Shown here: one piece after another, positions 13,501 to 27,472 of the stretch
Layout of the letters: every line of letters begins with the position of its first letter
Numbering within the stretch: the stretch's first letter is position 1
From: Amoebidium appalachense
Taxonomy: Eukaryota > Protista > Ichthyosporea
Reading direction: 5' to 3'
DNA: 64,000 nucleotides
NCBI GenBank assembly: GCA_963693365.1
Contig: CAVNZM010000005.1
Span: 8,006,710-8,070,709, forward strand
Notes under the pieces: generated by a model
What the model saw: the letters and a program-made list of their open reading frames with translations, nothing else
The model's database searches: none
What the model was told of the DNA's origin: nothing
Made by a program: the position numbers and the translations under genes

Positions 13501-13796
13501 AGTATTGGGGCACCGGTGAGGGCAGAAGGTTTCGGCTATCCAAGGACAATGGGCACGTCATTGTGCAAAACGACACCAAAGGCAAATGTGCCCTGTGTGG
13601 TTTTTACGCTGGCGGCCAGCAGCAGCGAAACGTCAGGAGACACCAAGGCGGCACCACACAAGCTAGTTGTGAAGCGTGCAAAGTTCGTTTGTGCTCTAAG
13701 CGCAAGCGCAATGACCAAAAATTAAAAAACTGCTTCGAAATATGGCACACACACAAGGATATCAGAACTAGTGCTCACTGGGCTAACAACTATTAG
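7816..13796 (+). CDS. piggyBac-family DDD transposase with inserted YqaJ-like exonuclease and SAP domain and a C-terminal Cys-rich domain; exons 7816-8956, 9931-10063, 11234-13796 (1278 aa)
   Basis: GT-AG introns in compatible phases (1, 2) give one open frame. piggyBac motifs LDLFF, DRF..IL, IEDDD, VDRGY, GTHKR, WNATKGAVD. YqaJ motifs QASPEW..R..ITST, GSHNE, GASVDG, LEIKT, Y..QL. SAP MKLPELK...NGL...GRKVELVARL. C-terminal CALC..CEAC...LC...CF..WH. Confidence 0.88.
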
Positions 13797-13899
13797 ACAC
13801 GGTGGAGAGTGGAAATAACATACAGGAACATTTTCAATATCTCCGTTTTTGCCTCATTTTGAGTTGTCTTAGTATTCTTCTTATTTTTTTATTTATTTT

Positions 13900-15760
<1,861 letters not shown>

Positions 15761-17197
15761 ACACATGACACCGGGAGCCCGCTGTGCGCGCACAATTAAC
15801 ACGGTAGCTTCGTGAGCCGCGGCCGGCCGTGGCGCGGGATCCAGCCGCTGTGATTAATCTAATTCTCGGATTGATTAATCTTCTTTTACGCTCGCACCTC
15901 TTCTCGAAGGTGTATAATAAACATGGATATTATAGACATAAACACCCAAAAAAAATTACATAGGCGTTTTCTTGACTATCAAAACCAACTTTTTGCCTAC
16001 TTAACATGTATTTTTGGGCTGCTGGGTAAGTCGGTGGAAGCGCCGCAAATGTGATTAACGTTGAAGATTAATCATTTGATTACAGTGGGGTTATAGAGCG
16101 CGGCCCACATTTTTGCCTATGGAAATATGAAGAAATGACTTAGAACCTATCAAATCCATGAAATCTACCAAAATGGAATTTTTGCTGCACATCAACCAAT
16201 GAAAAATTTTCACAAGTGGCTAAAACCCCTAGATCATAAAGACCAAATCGATTGCCGCCCAATTCGGACTAGATATAACTCAAACTCATCAATATATCCA
16301 TATGGCATATCCCACAGAACATAAAAACAGCTACAGCTCCCTAAATAAAAATGCTAGCAGCCTGAAACTTTGCACGCACATCAAACACACCATGGCCTAC
16401 AGCATTATACTACCACGAAGTTTACAGCACACTCGCAACACACAATTTCACTCCAACGGGGCTATCTAATTCTCCTGCAAAGAAAACACGTTTACAAACT
16501 TAATATTATTTGTACATTATATGTACAATGTTGACCGTAACTATATGCTCCTTAGCGTCCTTTGCTTTGTCACCAATATGCCGAACCGAAAATTCCCATT
16601 TACCCGCATATTTCTTAGTTCTCATCTATGATTGGTTCACCTAAACAATTTCCTATCGCTCTGGCACCATCTTGCCACCCGCCGCACTGATCAGTTTCAG
16701 ATAACGAGTGGCTCCCACGCTGTGCAGTACAGCGGCCAACGCAGTTTGTTGCCGTTTTACACTTTTTTACTGCTGAAAACCGGCAAAAGCGTGTCCTTCC
16801 TGTGTCGCATAAAGATAGACAACCATTGGTCAATTTTTGCACATAAGCTTGTAAGCCAATGTCCTTGGGGTCTACCAAGTTTCAACTTGATCTGACATTG
16901 GGTTGTCACGCTACAGTGTCACCAATATTCGGGTCGCACCTCAAACAAAGAAAAGGTACCATCGCTTTTGTGAGCTTTGCCAATAAACCAATGTCAGAAA
17001 TGATTGAAAAATTTACAGAATAAGAGTTTACATATATATATTTAGTACGTAGGAAATTTTGGTGGAAAACTATTTCGAACTTCTCTCTCCACAATTTCTC
17101 AAATTATATGCAAAATGTTTGGATCGGGGACTTTTGGCCCGATTTGCCGGCCCGGCCGGGCGGGCCATCATAGCGAACCGGCCGATGTGTGCGCACC

Positions 17198-18628
17198 AAG
17201 AGCGGCAAGGCCAGTGGGGGTTGACAAGGGGGTCTACTTCTACAGTGGCACCAGCGACTAGGCCACGTGGCAGCATCTACCGTCATCAGGATGGCTAAGC
17301 AGGGACTGGTCGATGGAATGGACAATGTCGAAAATGCATCACCAGACGACATGCCGCCAATGTGCGAGGCATGTGCAAAGGGCAAGCAACACCGTGAGCC
17401 CTTTCCCAAGGACGGTCGGAACCGTGCTACGGAGGCTTTGGGCATCGTGCATTCTGATGTTAGTGGGAAAATTGCCACCATGTCAATTGGCGGGTGCTAC
17501 TACTACGTCACGTTCACCGACGACAAAACTGGCTTCATCGAAGTTTTCTTCATGAAGAAGAAGGAAGAAGTACTGGCTAAACTCAAGGAGTACCAGGCAC
17601 GCAATGAGAATGGTTTCCGTACCAAAATTCAAATCTTGCGCACAGATAACGGGGGGAGACAACTTCGTCCGGCATCAGGCACGAATTCACAGTCCCCCAC
17701 GCACCGGAGCAGAACGGCAAGGCAGAGCGTGAGAACCGCTCTCTGATGGAGATGGCACGGTGTATGCTGCAGGATGCAGGCCTGGGAAACCGTTTCTGGG
17801 CAGAGGCCGTCAACACAGCTGCATACATTCGCAACATCACACCTACCAATGCGCTGAATGGCATGACGCCATATGAGGCATGGTGGGGGGTGAAACCCAA
17901 AGTTAGCCATCTGCATGTATTTGGCTCGACATGCTGGGCACACATTCCGAATGCCAAGCGAACCAAGTTGGATGCCAAGAGCCACAAATGTATCTTCGTG
18001 GGGTATACATCACCGACAGCAAGGGTTATCGGCTGTGGGATCACATGCGGCGCGAGGTGATCATCCGCCGCGACGTCCGATTCAACGAGCCAGCACCCAT
18101 TGGAATGCAGATTGGAATGACCGAAGGAATTTCCAGGGCTCCAATCGGCAATCAGGAAGATTCGCCAATCGGAAATCAGGTGCCAACAGCCCGGGACACT
18201 GATGGTGACAACAGCGACGATGACGACCAACCGGCGCTTGACGAGGCAGACAGCGAGTCTGAGGACGACGGGGAGGACTGGAGGTCAGCTGCAGACGTGA
18301 TTCCTGACAGCCCCACGACCTCCATACCTGCCCGGCAGCCATCCAAGTATCCACCCAGCCTAACGCGCCGCGGTACGCGTTATCACAGCGCAGCACAGTT
18401 GAGAGTGCCAAAGACTTGGCATTGTCATCTCCCACCATCCTTACAACTATGAAGCAGGCCTTTGGAGGGCCAGATGCTGCACTGTGGAAGGCAGCAGCGG
18501 ATGAGGAGTATAAATCTCTAGTCGACAACAACACCTGGGAGCTTGTACCATCGCCTGCAGGACGGTGGGCAGTGGGCTTTCGGTGGGTCTTTGACGCCAA
18601 GCGGGGCACCGACGGAGAGATAACACGA
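17198..18628 (+). pseudogene. Ty1/Copia pol remnant (GAG-pre-integrase, integrase, start of RT)
   Basis: WHQRLGH, CEAC, VHSDVSG, FTDD, LRTDNGG, EQNGKAER, FWAEAVNTA, HVFGSTCW, WKAAADEEYKSLVDNNTWELV; frameshifts; truncated at 18628. Confidence 0.92.
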
Positions 18629-19051
18629 TTTAGCCACTTGTGAAAATTTTTCATTGGTTGATGTGCAGCAAAAATTCCATTTTGGTAGATTTCATGGATT
18701 TGATAGGTTCTAAGTCATTTCTTCATATTTCCTTAGGCAAAAATGTGGGCCGCGCTATATAATGAGCTTGCGCGGCCCCAGGGAGGTCAGTTGCGGCGCT
18801 ACTGAGCGCGTTTCAAACTTGAACTTAGGTCTCTTTAGGCCCAATTTTTTAGCTAAGTTTTTGCCCACCCACCACACCCTTTGCCTATTTAGGCACTAGG
18901 CTACGTTTTTTGAGCATGTTTCTGTATGACATTTGTCATTCTTTTCATTGCTCCTGTGGAGCACACCTGTGCCTGCTTGTGAGATTGATCCACAGGCACC
19001 GGCTCATGTATCCCCTTGCTGGGGCTGGTAAAGACGATGTTGGCATAGGAA
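18629..19051 (+). mobile_element. Truncated, inverted copy of the Ngaro A-spacer-B end
   Basis: Reverse complement of about 1904-2315, ending ...TTGGCATAGGAA at the B terminus. Confidence 0.9.
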
Positions 19052-20900
19052 CGAATAAACGAAGCATGCACACAATTAACCTGAGCCCCTCCATCGAGTA
19101 AAGCAACAGCCTTCAACTTACCATCGGCTAACCATACGTCTATGTAATGCCGGCTAAAACCAACTAAATCCTCCTCCAATTCGTGCAACACATCATCACT
19201 CACACCCAGACCCTGCCCACGAAGACTCACACCCTCGACACCTACTTGAAGCATACCTACCTGTGGTGCCTGCACGGGTGGGGTGGGGTGTGTGTGTGAC
19301 TTGGGTGGTGGTGGAATGTGTGTGGGTGCGTGTGTGGGTGTAGGTGTGTCTGCAACCTTCGTGTGCTGTGGTGGTGGTGTGTTTCTACGTGCCGTGCCTT
19401 CCCCCCCCCTTCCCCCCTTACTCGTGTGTGCCCCCCCCCCCTTCCGGAAACAATGGCACAGAAACCCCTCCCGGTGTGGTTAGAACAAACACCGGGTTGG
19501 GACAAGAAACACCGAGACCATCCACCTGTGGCTGGGGAACCTCCCCCAACCACAAAACATTCACACCTTTCATACCTTTTGGAGAATCAACCCACAAACA
19601 TTCATGCCATACCACCTCGACGCTGTCTTGAGTACCCACGACGATGCCCGGCTCCCACACGTATCGGGGCGGTGAGGGGGCAAAGGGAAGCTCAACCTGG
19701 GGTGGGGGAGGGTGAAGGTCCTCTGCAACCCTGGGGGGGACCGATACTATCCCCCCCCCTCCCTCCTTGACCCCAGCTTCCCCCTCCCCCGAAACTCAAT
19801 AGCCTTGGTAGCTACGGCAATATGCAGTAGAGTGCCCTTGCCGACCACAAAAATAACATGAACCAAAGAAAGGGCCAGGGGGAACTTCATAACCTTGGCG
19901 CAAAGCATAACCGGGAGCCCGGTCGTGCTGGGGGGGCCCACCGTGTGCACCACGGCCCCCCCTTCCCCCCTGCCCCCCTTGGCCTCTCTCACCATCAGCA
20001 CCAAACCCACCACGGCCTCCATGTCCACCCCTACCACCATTCTCTCCTCCAAACCCACCTCTATGACCACCATGCTCACCACCATTTCCACCCCCTCCCT
20101 CTACCCTGCCCACCACCACGAGCAGGATAAGGGGAAAACCTCTCGTCGAACTGCTGCTGCTGTCCTCCACGTCCACCACGCCCACGACCGCCGTGTCCAC
20201 CCCGGCCGCCGCCGCGGCCCCCTCGGAAGTCGAAGCCCCCTCGACCAGAGAGCTGGCCGACGGCCTGGGAGAGCTCAGCAACCTGCTTGACCAACACAAT
20301 GAGTGCATCTGGCTGTTCACCCTCTTTTCTTCCTCCTTTTCCCCTTTCTTTCCACTGGCTCTCTTCTTCTTATCCACCTCCATCACCTCCTTTCTATCCC
20401 TCTTGTTAAACTTCACCTCATGCATAGCAAGCAAGTGACGTTTAACATGCAGCACCACCTCATCAACATCATCATGCTCACCAAATATACGTGCAGTGTC
20501 TGTGTTCACAGAGAGAGCCTTACGTGCAAACTCAAACTTTTCTCTAGCACTCACGTCACCAGCCAACTCACAAAGATCTTCAAAGACCCTATACTCCCTC
20601 TCAAAGAATGCACGAGCTTCAACAGGGGACATGTCTAAAGTGGGAAAGGTATACTTCCATTCACGGAGCTGGGCGCGGAACGTGCGTCGCCGGTCGGCCG
20701 TCAAGTATCGGTTGACGAGCCTGGTCGTGTTATCGAGCTCGTTCTCGGGCCGGTTAAAGGCCTCGAGCTCACCATCGACGTCGTCGGTCTTGGTCTCGTC
20801 CTCTTCCTCGGGAATGAACCGTGCTGCCAGACGTTTCTGGCCTAGCGTACGGGTCACCATCTTGTCGCGCTTCTCGTCGTACTGCTGCTCGTATATATGA
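19052..20900 (-). pseudogene. Ty3/Gypsy gag and aspartic protease (disrupted)
   Basis: Gag ORF with Gly/Arg-rich tract and CCHC knuckle CYFCGRQGHSTAYC; protease ALLDGGAQVN at about 19080-19110. Confidence 0.8.
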
Positions 20901-20944
20901 GCAGTCACCTGTGGTGCCTGCTCGGCCCTGTAAGGGTGCTCATT

Positions 20945-22900
20945 ATTAGCTAAGTTATTTGATAGGACTCGTTTTGCATTTCTTGCCGATGATAACGAAG
21001 TCGGCTTCGTTAAAGGGTTTGAAATGCAGGTCGGCACAGGTGATAATAGGCCGGTAGTTATGCCTAGCTATAGAATAGAGCAGTATAAATTGTCCGATGC
21101 GCTAATTATAGTGAATTATATTTTTAAAATGGGTCATGTGGAGCATAGTTCGAGTCCGTGGAGAAGTCCGGAGCTATTGGTTAAGAAGCCCGACAGGTCT
21201 TGGCGTCTAGTGAACGATTACTTCTTATGCCAACGTCGTCTTTACCAGCCCCAGCAAGGGGATACATGAGCCGGTGCCTGTGGATCAATCTCACAAGCAG
21301 GCACAGGTGTGCTCCACAGGAGCAATGAAAAGAATGACAAATGTCATACAGAAACATGCTCAGAAAACGTAGCCTAGTGCCTAAATAGGCAAAGGGTGTG
21401 GTGGGTGGGCAAAAACTTAGCTAAAAAATTGGGCCTAAAGAGACCTAAACGCGCTCAGTAGCGCAGCAACTGACCTCCCTGGGGCCGCGCAAGCTCATTA
21501 TATAGCGCGGCCCACATTTTTGCCTATGGAAATATGAAGAAATGACTTAGAACCTATCAAATCCATGAAATCTACCAACATGGAATTTTTGCTGCACATC
21601 AACCAATGAAAAGTTTTCACAAGTGGCTAAAACCCCTAGATCATAAAGACCAAATCAATTGCCGCCCATTTCGGACTAGATATAACTCAAACTCATCAAT
21701 ATATCCATATGGCATATCTCACAGAACATAAAAACAGCTACAGCTCCCTAAATAAAAATGCTAGCAGCCTGAAACCTTGCACACACATCAAACACACCAA
21801 GGCCTACAACATGTTACTACTACGAATTTTACAGCACACTCGCAACACACAATTTCACTCCAACGGGGCTATCTAATTCTCCTGCAAAGAAAACACGTTT
21901 ACAAACTTAATATTGGCTCTGAACCGGGTCACAAAGGCAGACCAATGGCCTCTCCCTAACATAGACAAGCAGCTTTCACAGCTGCACGGCTATACTCACT
22001 TTGCTAAACTTGATTTAAAAGCAGCTTTTTGGCAGATAAGGCTGGAGGAGAGCAGCAATGAGGAGACTGCCTTTGCACTGGGTGACCAGCTTAGCTGTTC
22101 CAGTACAAGGTGGTGATGATGGGTTTGCTCTCCTCTCCAGCTATGTTGTGCCCGGTAATGTATAAAATCCTCCACCCTCATTTGGATGCATGCCACCCTT
22201 ATTTGGATGATGTTTTAATTAAAGGTAGGTCGTTTGAAGAGTTGGTTGAAATTGTGAAAAGGTATTTTTCGCTTTGGGTGAATCTGGTCTTCGTATTAAT
22301 GGTAGCAAGACTGTGATTGGTGTGCAGGAGGTTAAGTTTTTAGGTCATATCGTTTCTAGTAATGGTCTTGCCCCTGATCCGGAGAAAATCCGGGCCATAG
22401 TTGAGCGGCCGGCACGTCCTCAGACTGTCACTCAACTAAGGCAGTTTTTAGGTTTAACTAATTATCTTCGTCGTTATATTAAAGATTATAGTATGATTGC
22501 TTTGCCGTTAACTAGTCAGACAGGGGGGGAGAAAAAGAATAGAATAGATTAGAATGATGATGCTGTTTCTGCTTTCGAAAAGCTTAAGTTAGCTTTGCAG
22601 TCTTCAAGTATGCCTAGGCGTTCATCCTGATTTTTCGGCCGCGGGGGGGGGGGGGGGGGGGGGATGTTTAAAGTTCGATGTGATGCAAGTAAGGTTGCTG
22701 AGGGGGCAGCGTTATATCAAGTGCAGGGGGGGGGGGGGGGGCAGGATCGAGTGATTGCTTATGCTAGTCGTTCGTTTAGTGAAGTGATCGTAGATATAGC
22801 AATCCAGAGAGAGAGTCCCATGCGACCTTTTGGGCAGTCTCACAGGTATGGAGGTATATTCTCGCAGGCAGGACGTTCGAGGTCTACAACAACCCGTGTG
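20945..22900 (+). pseudogene. Ty3/Gypsy RT-RNase H remnant, interrupted by the solo Ngaro unit
   Basis: SSPWRSP, LVNDY|LALNRVT, KLDLKAAFWQI, YLDDVLI, FLGHIVS, RCDAS, VIAYASR; frameshifts and stops. Confidence 0.9.
21222..21914 (-). mobile_element. Solo A-spacer-B unit of the Ngaro element (693 bp, no ORFs)
   Basis: Near-identical to 1904-2597; sits precisely in Gypsy RT at GATTAC-TT-GGCT (D-Y-L-A). Confidence 0.92.
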
Positions 22901-22987
22901 ACAAGCCCTGCCTAGCCATGGCTGGCACCTATCGTCTCGTCATCGAGAGGATGCAGAAGTGGGCCGCGGCTCTCGGTGAGTTCTCCT

Positions 22988-23118
22988 ATATTTAGTTTGT
23001 AAACGTGTTTTCTTTGCAGGAGAATTAGATAGCCCCGTTGGAGTGAAATTGTGTGTTGCGAGTGTGCTGTAAAATTCGTAGTAGTAGCATGGTGTAGGCC
23101 TTGGTGTGTTTGATGTGT
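22988..23118 (+). repeat. 5'-terminal fragment of the Ngaro A repeat
   Basis: Reverse complement of about 21782-21914. Confidence 0.85.
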
Positions 23119-23437
23119 ACAGCACTACAACACGTACACACCTTTACTCACAATACATATAAGCATACACACACGCGAGCAGGCAACATGGGTCTCGCCA
23201 AGCACACAGCAAGAAGCAATATAACATATCACATGAAGAATACGCAGAGGCATGGAGCATGCACGCGAGCACCAAACAATCAGCCGCCGCTGCATCAGAT
23301 TCTCCCCCATACCACTGAACGATCTCCCCATACTCCACTTAGACCCCGGAATCACTATGCAAGAAAACCCCCGAAACTCACTCACCAAAACACAAAATAT
23401 AGAAGCAGACTAATAAGAATCAGCTCAGCACATGACA
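23119..23437 (-). repeat. Partial LTR of the non-autonomous LTR family
   Basis: Matches 52111-52430, ending ...CAGCACATGACA. Confidence 0.85.
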
Positions 23438-23550
23438 GTGACATCGAGGTGCAGTACGTCAACACCAACGACAACGCTGCAGACATTTGCACCAAGCCCC
23501 TGACCAAGGACAAGACCCAGCATTTCCTCAAGGCTAGTGGGATGGCCTAA
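23438..23550 (+). pseudogene. Copia RNase H C-terminal remnant
   Basis: DIEVQYVNTNDNAADICTKPL...stop. Confidence 0.8.
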
Positions 23551-24772
23551 CCAGTGATAAACGTCGATTTTCGGTTTCTATGGACATTTTGTTTTTCCGG
23601 AAATTTCGTATAATCTTTTAGGTATTTTAGTTTTATTATTTAGGGGGTCACGTCGATAGGAGCAGTAGGGTAGCCTAGCAACTTGCATTCGTTTACATGG
23701 ATGTGCAAGAAGTGGGGTTGTGTGTGTTATTGCACATGATGGTATGTTAAATGAGTGGGGGTGTTGGAATAGTAACATATTCATACCTTAGCGTTTCAAC
23801 ATAACATAACACACACACACACGCGCGCGCGCGCGCGCGCGCGCACGGGATATTCCCTGTGGTACACAAACACGTAGGAACGTTTTGTCGTACATTCCCA
23901 TACTTCAGAAGGCAGATCTGAATGCTGATTGGATCCCTGTGTCTGGGATTGTTTATATCTCAGCCAATTAGATAAGTACTTGGCACTGCATATCTGTACA
24001 TCTGATTGGTCCTAGCGGCTGTCCTTGGAGGCAGCGCGAGTATATAAAGACGGGACACGGCAGTGTCCTATCATCGGCTTCAAGATTATCCCTGCTGACC
24101 ATCACCAGTAACACACATACAATTGGGTAGGTAGTGTACGAATCACAACAAAAACGCTATAACTTTTAAACGGTTCATTGGTCTAACTTTTCTAAATCTT
24201 TCTAAATAACTCAAGTTTAGGACTCCGCTTCACAACAAAAGTCACGTGCTTCACAGGTCCACACTAAGGGAGGGCCAACAGACTTAGAATTTTCCCTCGA
24301 GAGGGATTTTGATCGTTCGCCGCATGGAACCAATAACGTCAGCAAGATTATGCGACAGATGACGAAAAAACTGCGACAAACTGCGACCCAATGATTACCC
24401 CTGGAATTACGTATTAAATAGAATATGTTTGATTGGCTCTCTGCGTATCGGCATTCAATTTTAATTGATATGTAGCCAATCGCAAGGCGCATCGCGATCC
24501 TATACCAACCAGCTTTAGCCGAAGTTCAAAGAAGGGGGATTTGCTAAGCAACGATTCGATGTTCGAGTTTGGAGGCTGCTGTACAGAGCCAACTCAAACT
24601 ACAACACGACTGAACCCGAAAGGCTCACACGCCGCCTAAGTCATCACAGCCAGGCCCCTTGAAAAATTATATAAGTATTCAGGGCAAGGACAGGGAAGCA
24701 GAGACACAGTGGTGCAGTGTAAAATCACCACAAACACACGGGAACAAGGAACAAGGGAAACAGGAACGATCG

Positions 24773-27472
24773 TGTCATGTGCTGAGCTGATTCGTATTAG
24801 TTTGCTTCTATATTTTGTGTTTTGGTGAGTGAATTTCGGGGGTTTTCTTGCATAGTGATGCCGGGGTCTAAGTGGGGTATGAGAAGATTAATCAGTGGTA
24901 TGGGGAGAACCTGATGCGGCGGCGGCTGATTGTTAAAGCTGCGCGCGTGCATGCTCCACGCCTCTGAGTACTCTCCATGTTAAATGTTGTATTGCTTCTT
25001 GCTGTGTGCTTGGCGAGACCCATGTTGCCTGCTCGCGTGTGTGTATGCTTATATGTATTGTGAGTAAGGTGTGTACGTGTTGTAGTGCTGTAGGGGTGTC
25101 TGAGATGGCGGTAGCCAATGGTGTGGAGTGCGTGTAGCCTGTGGGGGAGGGAGTGTTGTGATTGGCTGAATGTCACTGTGGTATTTGTCTGGCCAGTGGG
25201 CCGCGTGTCTGTGAAGTGTCTCGCGGGGTCGCGGGCTTTTGGAAGTTCTTCTAAGAACACGAAAAACTCGCTTCCCACCCAACTCAAAGAAAAGTTTATA
25301 CGTATACACGGTTTCAAGCCCCTTTAAGCGTGCAGATAGTTAGAGTAGTTTGTATACACTCTGTATATAGCCACGACAAGCTACACCCCCTTTCTCTGCA
25401 GTTTTTTGCAGGGAGGGGACACACGCACTGTTAGTCCTTCTGGGCTGTTGCCTTCACCCCTAGTTTTTTTCTTTTTCACGCCTAGCGGTTATGAGTGGTT
25501 TTGACTTAGGCCTTTTTCGACGGTTAGAGGTAGAAGAAACATACGCACACACAGACCTACAGCTAGCAACAGTTGGCATAGGCAACATGAGCAGTAGGAC
25601 TAGTATCACAGGGGACTTAGTCCTCGCTAAGGACCTTGACCTCCCTAGGTGACGTAGCAAGCTCAGGGCCGTTTGCCCAGCAGAGGCCTCAGAGGGGACC
25701 GGCGACGGTCACCCTCCCCACGGCGCTACCAGCCCTACCAGCCACGGCCACAACGGGATAACAGATGGGCCAGGCTGGCGTCTTTGGGCGGGACCGCAAG
25801 AGCCGGCGCCAGGCTCTTTCCCAGGCACCTGTGACAACTGCAAGGAGCGGGGGCAACGCGTGGTGTAAACAGCCCCGTCGTGGGGGGCAGGGACGTCGGT
25901 GACCGTGTTGCTGGTATGAAGGTTTTATTAGGGGGTAGGCCATCTCTTGGGTTGTTGTTGTTGCCGTGTAATACTATGGGAGTAACTGTTGTGTGGTGTT
26001 ATTTTTCGGCGAGTTTTCTACAGTTACTGGTGCCTGGCGTTTTCGACGTGTGTATGAGTCCTGTGTTGGCGACGTGTTTGGTTAGGGTCAGTGGAATAGA
26101 AAGTCCTGCTGCTGTCTGGGAGCTCGGCCCTCTGACGAGGGGGCTGGGGGGGGGGGTCGAAGTGTAGTCATGGCAGTGGCAGGCCCCCACTGTTGTGAAC
26201 CCCCGTCGTCAAAGGGCCTGGTGCTGAGGCCCCTTGGAGTGGCTGCCCTGGGCCTGGTGTTGAGGCCCTTTGGAGTGGCTGCCCGTAGTGTTGTTGAGTA
26301 GTGTTGTGGTGCCCAGTGCAGCAGTAGGCCTTAGACACACCGCTGGGTAGAGCACGGTTGGGGCGGAGGCATTCCCAAACCACCGGGACCTACGTAGTAG
26401 GAGTCTTTGTCAGGTAGAGGAATGGCCAGCAAGAGAGTCTGGAGGTGTACGCCACATGAGTCTGGAGGTGTTCGTCAGTGGCATGTTAGGTTTTGCTAGG
26501 AATTCTTTGTGGATGGGGCATGCTGGGTGTGGTTGTATGGATGGTGTCTGTTATCATGTCTGTTGCTATGTTCCACTCGATATAACATTGTGCCAGGGGC
26601 ATGGGGTTTTGGGTGCAGGTTGTGGACGGGGGCAGAGGCGCATCTACAGGGCAACGTCAGTGGCGGTTCATATGATCCTTGTTTTGGGTTGGGTACTAAC
26701 CATGCTGGGGTGGTTCGTGGATGCATGTATATGTTTTATGTTATATGTTATATGTTGCTTCCTGCATGGTTAGCGGTAGTTGTAGTCGCTCAGCACATAA
26801 CTTTATTTTGTTTTTAGGTAGTTTTTACTGAGGTGGAACTCAGTTATTTTCTGTGCGAGGGGGAGTTGTCATGTGCTGAGCTGATTCGTATTAGTTTGCT
26901 TCTATATTTTGTGTTTTGGTGAGTGAATTTCGGGGGTTTTCTTGCATAGTGATGCCGGGGTCTAAGTGGGGTATGAGGAGATTAATCAGTGGTATGGGGA
27001 GAACCTGATGCGGCGGCGGCTGATTGTTAAAGCTGCGCGCGTGCATGCTCCACGCCTCTGCGTACTCTCCATATTAAATGTTGTATTGCTTCTTGCTGTG
27101 TGCTTGGCGAGACCCATGTTGCCTGCTCGCGTGTGTGTATGCTTATATGTATTGTGAGTAAGGTGTGTACGTGTTGTAGTGCTGTAGGGGTGTCTGAGAT
27201 GGCGGTAGCCAATGGTGTGGAGTGCGTGTAGCCTGTGGGGGAGGGAGTGTTGTGATTGGCTGAATGTCACTGTGGTATTTGTCTGGCCAGTGGGCCGCAT
27301 GTCTGTGAAGTGTCTCGCGGGGTCGCGGGCTTTTGGAAGTTCTTCTAAGAACACGAAAAACTCGCTTCCCACCCAACTCAAAGAAAAGTTTATACGTATA
27401 CACGGTTTCAAGCCCCTTTAAGCGTGCAGATAGTTAGAGTAGTTCGTATACACGCAAGGGCGTAATACGACA
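24773..27472 (+). mobile_element. Non-autonomous LTR retroelement (606-bp LTRs, degenerate gag-like interior)
   Basis: LTRs 24773-25378 and 26867-27472 (TGTC...GACA), 5-bp TSD GATCG, PPT GAGGGGGAG before the 3' LTR, knuckle remnant CDNCKERG; no pol. Confidence 0.93.

Noticed and set aside
11196-13796. Endogenous giant-virus alkaline exonuclease gene
   Set aside because: The nuclease is in frame with piggyBac motifs inside TIR/TSD boundaries, and no viral hallmark genes are nearby.
24892-25317. Repeated 141-aa ORF (also at 26986-27411, with related ORFs near 51.9 and 54.0 kb) as a gene family
   Set aside because: Lies wholly within the LTR, has no recognisable domain and the frame is not conserved among copies.
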